Virus record (IMG/VR): IMGVR_UViG_3300035208_003134
Location: 1 to 64,000 of that record
Direction: 5' to 3' (one strand)
Length of the DNA: 64,000 nucleotides
DNA from: a virus
Taxonomy: Duplodnaviria > Caudoviricetes
Shown here: positions 30,153 to 38,615 of the stretch, in pieces
Numbering within the stretch: the first letter of the stretch is position 1
Layout of the letters: each line of letters begins with the position of its first letter
The notes under the pieces: model-generated
What the model saw: only the letters and a program-made list of their open reading frames with translations
Database searches by the model: none
Told to the model about the DNA's origin: nothing
Translations under genes and position numbers: made by a program

Positions 30153-30585
30153 ATATGCAAACTATTCTTAGATTGAGGTATGTTGAGCGCGGAAATTATG
30201 ACCAAGGATTTGAGAAAGTACTGCAAATGCTTGTTAGGACGGAAGTTGGAAAGGTTGGCACTACAGGTTTTCATTTTAGGGATGAATGGGTTGATGTAGA
30301 AATAGAGCCGGAGACTTAGGTGAAGGGTGTTACATTTGAAAAGATACGCAGGTCTTTCCCTGAAATTTTTGAGGGGGAGAAGCTTACGAGGAAAGAACAG
30401 GCTTTTGTAATAAAGCAATATAAAGAGTACTTCCTGCCTTACTTTGACCAAAGAGTAAGGTTGGAAAAGCTTGATTATAATGTTGAGAACATACCGGCGC
30501 AGACATTCACTGCAATTTTGACACCGTTTTATTCGGTGATGAGCAAAAAGAGCTGTGGTCCGGCGTGGAAAAGGGGGATAGTGCA

Positions 30586-31062
30586 ATGCGAACACCGCAA
30601 GAGATAGTTGATAGGATTAAAAAGGTTCAGCCGGATGATATGTTTGGGTTTCAACTTGGCGATTTGCTTCCTTACTTGCCGTGGGAACAAGCCAAGGAAT
30701 TCTTGAATGAAGAAGGCAAGAAAGAATTTGAGGGCGGTAAGTGGAAGTATGAAGAGCCGACCAAGGAGAATATCACTAAGGTTGTGCGCGAGTATATGGA
30801 GTTTGCCCTCGGTAAAGCAGAGAACCACCGTGGTCTGTCTGCCGGTCGCTCTATTGAGCATTTTAAGGCTTGGATTTGGCTTTTGGGTGATGAGGACTAC
30901 GGGGCTATAAATTGGGATGAATATGAGAATTACGGTGCACCTATTCTCCGGCAGGTTTGTGAGAGGTATGGCATACCTTTTCCTATGGACAATAAGGGCT
31001 TGGAGCGGATGTCCAGAGGCTTGTCCTGCCGTGAAGGTTGCGATGAGGGGTGTGGAAAGTAG
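30586..31062 (+). CDS. conserved phage hypothetical
   Basis: MRTPQEIV..YMEFALGKAENHRGLSAGRSIEH..YENYG pattern. Confidence 0.6.
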   Translation: MRTPQEIVDRIKKVQPDDMFGFQLGDLLPYLPWEQAKEFLNEEGKKEFEGGKWKYEEPTKENITKVVREYMEFALGKAENHRGLSAGRSIEHFKAWIWLLGDEDYGAINWDEYENYGAPILRQVCERYGIPFPMDNKGLERMSRGLSCREGCDEGCGK

Positions 31063-31093
31063 GAGATTAAAGGGGGGTGATTGATGTATATAT

Positions 31094-31183
31094 AGTATTG
31101 TATTGTTGTGTTAAGTGACGCAATCTGATGAGGTGTGCAGAGGAGTCTGGCAAGGTGGTGTGCAGTTTAGTAATGCTATGTTA
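31094..31183 (+). repeat. pentanucleotide-periodic array A, (T/A)GY-NN x18 (candidate guide RNA)
   Basis: agtat tgtat tgttg tgtta agtga cgcaa tctga tgagg tgtgc agagg agtct ggcaa ggtgg tgtgc agttt agtaa tgcta tgtta. Confidence 0.85.
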
Positions 31184-31197
31184 AATCTAAAAAGGAG

Positions 31198-31755
31198 ATG
31201 GATGAGATGAAAGGTCTAATTGATGTTGTAGTGAAGAGCAAATGCCCGATGATGCATAACAATCCGAATGGCAGTGAGGCATTGAAAGACCGTGGTAAGG
31301 TTGATTATAACGACCCTAAGATACAGAAGATAATCTTCAATGCTGCTTCTTATCACGACAAAAAGGGCAAGTATTATATACCTTCTACGCATTTTGAGAA
31401 GGTTATAGAGCTTGCCGGTTCGCGCTTTAAGTTTCAGGGTAAGTTGACATATAATTCCATTGTTAAAGGCGGAATTATTGTGTTACCAACGGAAATATAC
31501 TTTGACAAGGGCATTAAGCCTACAATGGATATACGTTGGGGGCGTATTCCACCAGGACCAAAGGGTGCTTTGGTGAAGCTTATCAGACCTTACTTTGAAA
31601 AGTGGTCTGCTAAGTTTCAAATTGATGTATTGAATGACGCCATTGATTTTGACACCTTGCATAAGATTTTGATGTATGCAGGTGGCTACATTGGCATAGG
31701 GGCTTGGCACCCGAAGTTTGGTAGGTTTGATATAGCTAAGTTTGAACAACACTAA
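31198..31755 (+). CDS. stand-alone Cas7/Csm3-like RAMP-fold protein
   Basis: beta1 IDVVVKSKCPMMH; YYIPSTHFEKVI (IPGSSxKG-equivalent); RPYFEKWSAKFQI; C-terminal Gly-rich loop AGGYIGIGAWHPKFGRF. Confidence 0.75.
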   Translation: MDEMKGLIDVVVKSKCPMMHNNPNGSEALKDRGKVDYNDPKIQKIIFNAASYHDKKGKYYIPSTHFEKVIELAGSRFKFQGKLTYNSIVKGGIIVLPTEIYFDKGIKPTMDIRWGRIPPGPKGALVKLIRPYFEKWSAKFQIDVLNDAIDFDTLHKILMYAGGYIGIGAWHPKFGRFDIAKFEQH

Positions 31756-31760
31756 TATTC

Positions 31761-31830
31761 TGTGCTGTAATGTCTTGTGCTATATGGTGTTGTTTAGTAA
31801 CGCAATGCATTGTTTTGTCCTGTAAAGTTT
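31761..31830 (+). repeat. pentanucleotide-periodic array B, x14
   Basis: tgtgc tgtaa tgtct tgtgc tatat ggtgt tgttt agtaa cgcaa tgcat tgttt tgtcc tgtaa agttt. Confidence 0.85.
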
Positions 31831-31856
31831 AATTATTAAGATTGGGGGTGATACGC

Positions 31857-32129
31857 GTGCCTAAGGTTAATAAAAAGGAAAAAATCCTGCCAAAAGGTTT
31901 TGAAGTGAAGGATTTGGTTGGTATATCTTGGGAGTCTTTGCAGCAGTTGTTTAAACAGCTTAACGGTAGGAAGATAACCAAGGAAGAATTACCTAAGTGG
32001 AAGTTAATGCTTGGCTTTGTAAATTCAACGAACAACGCTACAAAGACGAGTATGCAGTGCTTTCGTATGATTGATTTACCGGCTACTATCAAGTATATGG
32101 ATAAATCTCTCAAGAAGCGAAAGTATTGA
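31857..32129 (+). CDS. small basic protein embedded between arrays B and C
   Basis: GTG start after GGGGGTGA RBS; 90 aa, Lys-rich. Confidence 0.6.
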   Translation: MPKVNKKEKILPKGFEVKDLVGISWESLQQLFKQLNGRKITKEELPKWKLMLGFVNSTNNATKTSMQCFRMIDLPATIKYMDKSLKKRKY

Positions 32130-32134
32130 TTTAA

Positions 32135-32219
32135 TGCGGTGCGATGTTTAGCTCTGTGCGACATTGTATAGTATTGTGTGGTGCAGTCGGGTGATGTAGT
32201 GCAGTGTTTAGTAATGCAA
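32135..32219 (+). repeat. pentanucleotide-periodic array C, x17
   Basis: tgcgg tgcga tgttt agctc tgtgc gacat tgtat agtat tgtgt ggtgc agtcg ggtga tgtag tgcag tgttt agtaa tgcaa. Confidence 0.85.
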
Positions 32220-32242
32220 TTAGTTTTAATTAGATTTGTTTA

Positions 32243-32312
32243 CGCCCTGTACTGTCCGGCGATGTGGCGTAGAGAGTTGTCCTGTTATGTGGAGTTGTGT
32301 TAAGTTCTGTAA
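32243..32312 (+). repeat. pentanucleotide-periodic array D, x14
   Basis: cgccc tgtac tgtcc ggcga tgtgg cgtag agagt tgtcc tgtta tgtgg agttg tgtta agttc tgtaa. Confidence 0.85.
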
Positions 32313-32326
32313 TGAAAGGAGTTAAT

Positions 32327-32635
32327 ATGCAAGTAGGTACGATAGTGAAACTTAAACGGGATTGCCTTGACAACCCTAAAGGTGCAATAGGTGTAGTTTT
32401 TTATGACTACGGCGACGGCTTTCAGGCGATATTCCCTAATGGCAACTATGACGGATTTTCAACTGACGAGAAGGAAGATGTATTTGGCGGCCTTACTGAA
32501 GCGGACTTTATCCTTGAAGAGGTTGGCTTTGAACCTTCTTTGGCTGATTATCAGTTTAGGAATGTAATCACGGTTGACCTTGACTTTAGGCGCGGTCTTT
32601 TTGATGTTGTCTTTAAGCAGAAGGGAGAAGCGTGA
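32327..32635 (+). CDS. hypothetical protein
   Basis: ATG after AAGGAG; the track start at 32297 falls inside array D. Confidence 0.6.
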   Translation: MQVGTIVKLKRDCLDNPKGAIGVVFYDYGDGFQAIFPNGNYDGFSTDEKEDVFGGLTEADFILEEVGFEPSLADYQFRNVITVDLDFRRGLFDVVFKQKGEA

Positions 32636-32762
32636 AAGGGAAATTTCCAATCTACATAGCGGACTTAAGAGAGCTCCTGATTGCAGAGGAATTGGAATAC
32701 ATAGAGGAGCTTATCCTCTGCGCCAACGAACAGGGGTTTGAACAGGCAGATACGGGGGACTA

Positions 32763-33059
32763 ATGGAAATAATTAAAGGTAAGAGCTATAAGGTTAAAGG
32801 TAAGTCCGAGTATTTCAAAAAGAAATACGGGACTTGCAACCCTATAATTAAGATTGAGGATAAAGACACCGCACTCTGGCAAGGTGGTTGGGCTGTGCAG
32901 CAGGGAAATCCTGGGTGTATGCTCTTTGCAATGCGCTCCGGCTTTGAACATTTGCCTTGGGGTGGCACTGTTTGGTATGGGCATATTGAGATTAACTTCC
33001 CAAAGGGTGCAGGACTCGGTGAGCTCGTTCACGAGAGCGAATTGGAAGAGGTCAAATGA
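32763..33059 (+). CDS. hypothetical protein
   Basis: 98-aa ORF coupled to the next gene. Confidence 0.55.
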   Translation: MEIIKGKSYKVKGKSEYFKKKYGTCNPIIKIEDKDTALWQGGWAVQQGNPGCMLFAMRSGFEHLPWGGTVWYGHIEINFPKGAGLGELVHESELEEVK

Positions 33060-33514
33060 AATTTGTGGTCTTAAACAGAGATTATGCAGAGAGGTTTACT
33101 TGCGAAGAGCCGTACATTCATATCTGCATTACCGACCCTAAAGATACCGAGCCTAAGCTTCCGGACTGCGATAAGAGAATTGGGCTTTTGCATTTGAGGT
33201 TTCACGATTGGGATATTAGGGCTAAGGAACTTATTACTGTTAAATATAGGAAGAGCCCGACAGCCCAGGACCAGGTCTTCTTTACTGAAGACCAAGCCAG
33301 AGAGATTATTAAGTTTGTCCACGGCTTTATTGGTAGAGTGAATGTGGTGGTGGTAAATTGTGCGGCCGGAATAAGCAGGTCTCCGGCTGTGGCAGCGGCT
33401 TTGAGCAAGTGCCTGTGTGACAAAGACGGTGATTTTTTTAAGCGGTACATTCCAAATAGTTTGGTTTACTCAACCATATTGAGGGTTTGGTATGATGAAT
33501 GGGGGGAGTTTTAG
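33056..33514 (+). CDS. protein-tyrosine/dual-specificity phosphatase-like
   Basis: CX5R motif NCAAGISRS; LRFHD; PNSLV. Confidence 0.85.
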   Translation: MKFVVLNRDYAERFTCEEPYIHICITDPKDTEPKLPDCDKRIGLLHLRFHDWDIRAKELITVKYRKSPTAQDQVFFTEDQAREIIKFVHGFIGRVNVVVVNCAAGISRSPAVAAALSKCLCDKDGDFFKRYIPNSLVYSTILRVWYDEWGEF

Positions 33515-33860
33515 GTTAGGTTACGACCCAAGAAGGAAAAAGACCTTATTCAAGCGAGGGTTTGACCCAAGACGCAATACGGTGAAGGGTACTTTTAAGC
33601 ACAACAATGACGACAGGCGCAATACATATAGGGATAGTTTAGGAAGGTTTTGTTAGCAGGGCTCGTGTCATAGCTTCACTCTTTAACCCGATTTGGTCGG
33701 TGGGGCTATCCTCCACGCGAGCCTTGCTAAAGGAAAGAAATTATGACAAGAACTCCGATGAAGAAGAACCATCCGTGGCGCGGCTTCAAGATTAAAAATA
33801 ACGTTGACGAGCAGTCAATTAAAGACTACAACACTATCAAGAGAGAGCCGGTGATGAAAG

Positions 33861-34295
33861 TTGGCAGAAAAAGCGCCTATTTGTCCAGAGCATAAAGTGG
33901 AAATGGTTAGGCACCGGAGCCTGTTTGGAGATAATTATTGGTGGGGATGCCCGATGTTCCCAAAGTGCAGGATTACCTGTGCCGAGCACCCCGACGGGCG
34001 ATTGATGTCAACTCCGGCTGGGTTTGATTTGAAGCTCCTGCGAATGGGGGCACACGACCTCTTGGAGAAGAAGTTCGGCAGTTGGAGAGATAAGGCGGCC
34101 AAACAGAAGATGTACGCTTGGCTCAAGGAAAACTCTAAGACCGGTCATATAGGGTTGATGGATGAGGTGGAGGTTCAGGAGGTTATTGACAAATTGAAGG
34201 GTGAGCTTGGTCTAATTCCGGAGCGCAAGTCGCAAAGACCCGTTGTAGGTCAATGTGAGCCAAGCTTGCCCCCCAAAGGAGACGAGAATGGATAG
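33861..34295 (+). CDS. zinc-ribbon protein (topoisomerase C4 / DUF3268-like)
   Basis: CPEH..WWGCPMFPKC..H..TPA..R..AH..HIG. Confidence 0.6.
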   Translation: MAEKAPICPEHKVEMVRHRSLFGDNYWWGCPMFPKCRITCAEHPDGRLMSTPAGFDLKLLRMGAHDLLEKKFGSWRDKAAKQKMYAWLKENSKTGHIGLMDEVEVQEVIDKLKGELGLIPERKSQRPVVGQCEPSLPPKGDENG

Positions 34296-34719
34296 AGTGG
34301 TAATAACAAGGGAATATTTTGGACTTTTCTTTATGCAGGTTTGTGCGGTTAAGGATGTTACTGATGAGGAAATCTTGGAGGTCTGTAACAGGTGCAACCC
34401 GTGTGGTACGAGTATGGGGTGGTGTGGTGTTATAAGGAAAAGACCGGAATATAAAGACCAAGAGCCGGTTCAATGTAGCAAGTACCCAGACCGGTTGCAT
34501 TTTATGGTGAATTGTTAATGGACGACGAATTTGTAAAGAAGACCTGCAAGCCTGGTACTGTTGATTGTTGCAGGTATTTAATAATGGACGCTAATGGTTG
34601 GGGTTGTGCGAAACTAACATCGCTCAAAGCGCACTTGGACTTTAGGGTTAATGTCCTTGAGAATATTCGTGCCACAGGCGATAACTGCGATGGGATAGCC
34701 AACCCTAACTGCAAATAAA

Positions 34720-35241
34720 ATGAACTTTTTTACTGCTGATACGCATTTTAACCACGCAAACATAATCAAGTTTTGCCATAGACCGTTTGGTGATGTCTTG
34801 GCTATGAATGAGACCCTGATAGATAATTGGAACAGGGTGGTCAAGCCGAGTGATACAGTCTATCATCTGGGGGATTTTGGGTTTGGTGAGTTCAAGTACA
34901 TACTTGATAGCTTGAATGGCAGGATAATCCTGCTTCGGGGTAGCCACGACAAGGATACCTTGGTTTATGCAGATAGGTTTGAGAGGATATCCAGTTTGTT
35001 AGAGATAGACTTGGGCGGTCACCACATTGTCTTGTGCCATTATTGCTTGCGTGTTTGGTCCCGGTCCCACTTCAATTCTTGGCATTTATATGGGCACTCC
35101 CACGGCAGGCTTGAGCCAATCGGCAAGTCTTGGGATGTGGGCGTGGATAATAACAACTTTGCGCCGGTTTCTTATTACCAGATAGAGGAAATTATGGCTA
35201 AGCGACCGGATAATTTTAATTTTATAAGGGAGCCAAAATGA
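34720..35241 (+). CDS. calcineurin-like metallophosphoesterase
   Basis: ADTHFNH, HLGDF, RGSHD, LCHY, YGHSH, DVGVD. Confidence 0.9.
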   Translation: MNFFTADTHFNHANIIKFCHRPFGDVLAMNETLIDNWNRVVKPSDTVYHLGDFGFGEFKYILDSLNGRIILLRGSHDKDTLVYADRFERISSLLEIDLGGHHIVLCHYCLRVWSRSHFNSWHLYGHSHGRLEPIGKSWDVGVDNNNFAPVSYYQIEEIMAKRPDNFNFIREPK

Positions 35242-35578
35242 GTGAGACATTAGAAGAAAAGCGAAACAGGTTGGCGAAGTCAAGGTATGGTGAGAGCTAC
35301 TATTGGCTCTGTTCTATGAGGCAGGACATTATTGATAAACTTGTAAGGATGGAAGAAGAAAATGGCTCGCAAGAAAAAGATTGATGATTATAGAGAATAC
35401 GAGATTAAGATATGTGTTCTGGAGTGCAAGCTTCTTAAGGCAAAGAAGAATTTATTGGAGAGGCTTAGAATTACTAAACAATATAGAGAGTTGACTCTTC
35501 AAGAGACTGAAATTGCCTTGTATTTAATAGCCGAGAATATTACTAACCAAAGGATTGGCATACCGCCAAGGAGAAAAA

Positions 35579-36466
35579 ATGCGAGAAAAATTTAAGGAAC
35601 GGAAGTTTACTGCGGAGAGCCAGAGGCTCTTGGGTATTATCTCGGATGTTCTTGATGATTATGTATCTCAAGGCTATGACCTGTCGCTCCGGCAGCTTTA
35701 CTATCAGTTAGTGTCTAAAAATGTAATCCCCAACTCGGAGCGTAGCTATAAGAACATTGGAAGCCTCGTCAATGACGCGCGCTTAGCCGGTCTTATTGAT
35801 TGGGATGTCATTAAAGACCGAGGCAGGGAAATGATACAGAGCGCTCATTGGGACAACCCTAAAGACATCCTGCTCTCCTGCTCCCAGCAGTTCAAGATTG
35901 ACAAGTGGGACGCACAGCCCAACTATGTTGAGGTTATGGTTGAGAAGCAAGCTCTTGAGGGCGTACTCGTTCCGGTCTGCAGAGCCTTGGATGTGCCGTT
36001 CTCTGCCAATAAGGGCTACTCTTCAGCCTCGGCTATGTATGAGGCGAGTAAGAGGTACTTGAGCAGGCGCGAGACCGGCAAGACTCTTTATATTATTTAC
36101 CTCGGCGACCACGACCCTTCAGGCATTGATATGACCAGGGATGTCGCCGAGCGTATGAACCTGTTCCTGCAGGAAGAGGACAGCGTGGATGTCAACCGGA
36201 TTGCTCTAAACATAGACCAAGTTCGGAAATTCAATCCACCGGAGAACCCTGCGAAGACTACGGATAGCCGGTCGGGGGAGTATATTCGCAAGTTTGGGGA
36301 GTCCTCTTGGGAGCTTGATGCCATAGAGCCAAAGAAGTTGGCAGAGCTTGTTACGAGAAATGTGCTTGCCCTGCGTGACGAGAAGCTATGGGCACAGGAA
36401 GTTAAGCGTGAGGAACAAATGATTAAGGAGCTCCGCAAATTTGCGGCCGACTCTAAGTTCCAATAA
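35579..36466 (+). CDS. TOPRIM-domain protein (topoisomerase VI A/Spo11-related family)
   Basis: SLRQLYYQLV winged helix, VEVMVEK, YLGDHDPSG, WELDA. Confidence 0.75.
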   Translation: MREKFKERKFTAESQRLLGIISDVLDDYVSQGYDLSLRQLYYQLVSKNVIPNSERSYKNIGSLVNDARLAGLIDWDVIKDRGREMIQSAHWDNPKDILLSCSQQFKIDKWDAQPNYVEVMVEKQALEGVLVPVCRALDVPFSANKGYSSASAMYEASKRYLSRRETGKTLYIIYLGDHDPSGIDMTRDVAERMNLFLQEEDSVDVNRIALNIDQVRKFNPPENPAKTTDSRSGEYIRKFGESSWELDAIEPKKLAELVTRNVLALRDEKLWAQEVKREEQMIKELRKFAADSKFQ

Positions 36467-37043
36467 ATATGAAATACTTATATGAAGTAATTGTAAAACA
36501 ATCAAACAGGGCAGAACCTTATAGCTTTGGTAATTATGCAAAGAAAAAAGACGCACAAAGTATGAAGAGGGTTTTTATTGCGGTATGGAAAACGGGCTTT
36601 CTTTTTCTTGCTTATAAGGTTAAATGTAAAGTGTCAATAAAACGAAGTAAGGTTTACAACGGGCAAGGCTAAGATGGACACACGTGGTGTTCGTCTTGGA
36701 TGGCACGGTTAGCCGAACCAGATTGGGGTCGTGAAGCCGTGGTGGGTAGCGCGTGGTTGACCAGAGCCTTACTTCTACTGGTGGGGATTTGATGACGGAG
36801 CGTAAACCCTATGATACCATCGCAGAACGGGAAAACCAGCCAATCCCCCTGCCAGTTAAATAAAGGAGACTGAAATGAGCATTAAAGTTCAAGACGCTTT
36901 GTATCACCTGCTATTTAAGGAGTATGAAGCGGAATTTGAGGTGATTGATGGTGAGCGTAAGCACCCTAAAGGTTGGGTGTTTCAAGAATGGCTTCAGCAT
37001 AAAAACCTTTATCAAAGCCCATAAATATGACCTACCGAACTAC

Positions 37044-37072
37044 TTGACAAATTGAAAAAGCTGTGGTAAAAT
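37044..37072 (+). promoter_or_regulatory. sigma70-type promoter (GAACTAC class) ahead of the replication operon
   Basis: GAACTAC-TTGACA-N17-TAAAAT. Confidence 0.75.
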
Positions 37073-37454
37073 GGAATTTTTGAGGGAGGTGTGTGCGGAT
37101 GTGTGCGGGGGTCTTGAGGAAGTTCGTGAGTTTTGGCGTGTCTCACCAAGCAAGCCTACCCACAATAAACCAGTTTAAATGCGCGCCAAAGTAAAGGAGA
37201 TGGAAGCCGAATATGAAACACAAAATCTTTAAGAAGCAAGGTCAGAAAATCATTGAGAAGTACCTCACCGAGCGTCAAATCAAAATGCTACAAAATCGCA
37301 GGAAGGTTTGGTTTCAAGTCAACGGGACTCTTGTTATCTTGCAACCCAAGGCTAAGAACCAAAAGCTACTCAACAAGATTGAGAAATACAAGCAGAAGAT
37401 TGAAGAATTAAAGTCAAAGGTGAAGTAGGTACAACTAAGGAAAGGGAGGGAACC

Positions 37455-38498
37455 GTGGCAAAAAGGTACACAGTAATTAACAATGGGGAAGTGTTGTTTG
37501 GTCCGGAGACTGATTTTGCTAAAGTTAAGACTTTTACCGACAGTCTTAATCCGGCAATCAAGTCCAAATGTAATGTGAAGGTAGAAACAATAGCTGAACC
37601 GGCTAAGGAAACCGGTGCGGCGGCAGTAGAGCACAAAGAAGAGCCTGCTGTCAAGGAAACGGTAAGCGCAAAAGTTACGGCTAATAAAGAGGAAAAACCG
37701 AAGGCTCCGGGACCGGCTGACGCAGACGCAGTGTTTGGTTCTTTCCTTGAAGGTGGCGGCCAGAGTGACTTTTGGAAGCCAAAAGACGGCAGGAATATTA
37801 TCCGTATCTTACCTATTGGCGGTGTGTTGCCTTCAGATTGGGTTACTCCTTACCCGTTCGTGTTGGGTGGGGTGCACTCCAATGTCGGGCTCTCGTTGAG
37901 AGACACGGTGTACTGCGCGCGGTTGACCCATAACAAGGCGTGCCCTATTTGCAATTTCGTCTTTCAGCTTTACAACACCAAAGACGACAACGATATCAAG
38001 CTCGCCAAGCGTATTAAAGGCTACACCAGCATCATTTCAAACATCATTGACTTGTCGGACATAGAAAAAGGAGTTCAGAAGTATGCGTTCGGCAAGACTC
38101 TGGCTCGTAAAATCAAGTCGTATATGGATGATGAGGAGTTCAAGCCTCTTCTTGACCCTGAACGCGGTCACAATATGATTATCATAAAGAAGACGGTGGA
38201 CGGTTATCCAAATTATGACGACTCACGCCCAGAAGTCAAGACTTCTTCACTCACTCAACTCTATGCGAAATGGAGAGAGGAAGCCTACGATTTAAAGAAA
38301 GAGATTAAAGAGAAGAGCTACGACGAGTTAATTAAGATACTCGCCGATACCAAAAAAGCCATTCTCTCAACTTCTCCGGAAGATTTAGGAGAGGGCAGAC
38401 CTGCCCGCGCACATAGCGCAGCACCTGCCACCGAAGAAGGGGCTGTAGTTGAAGAAGTATCTATTGACGAATTAAACGAAAAACTTGACAAAATCTAA
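37455..38498 (+). CDS. single-stranded DNA-binding protein (T4 gp32-like)
   Basis: FWKP..IRILP, H..C..CPIC zinc site, YPNYDDS, acidic tail. Confidence 0.8.
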   Translation: MAKRYTVINNGEVLFGPETDFAKVKTFTDSLNPAIKSKCNVKVETIAEPAKETGAAAVEHKEEPAVKETVSAKVTANKEEKPKAPGPADADAVFGSFLEGGGQSDFWKPKDGRNIIRILPIGGVLPSDWVTPYPFVLGGVHSNVGLSLRDTVYCARLTHNKACPICNFVFQLYNTKDDNDIKLAKRIKGYTSIISNIIDLSDIEKGVQKYAFGKTLARKIKSYMDDEEFKPLLDPERGHNMIIIKKTVDGYPNYDDSRPEVKTSSLTQLYAKWREEAYDLKKEIKEKSYDELIKILADTKKAILSTSPEDLGEGRPARAHSAAPATEEGAVVEEVSIDELNEKLDKI

Positions 38499-38615
38499 GT
38501 AATACTCGTCGGGGGTTGGAGAATGCTAAGGGGCAGGTGAAGTCCTGTAAAAAGCGGTTACGCTACCTCAAGACCAAAGCCAACTCCCGACCCGTTTTCA
38601 TAAAGGGTCATTGTA

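Noticed and set aside
31829-32164. Minus-strand ORF across array C, and the GTG start at 32297 inside array D
   Set aside because: The first is antisense to a gene with a good RBS; the true downstream start is ATG 32327 after AAGGAG.
31094-32312. Canonical CRISPR array or simple microsatellite
   Set aside because: No identical 25-40 nt repeats with spacers. Only three of five positions are constrained, unlike slippage-generated microsatellites.
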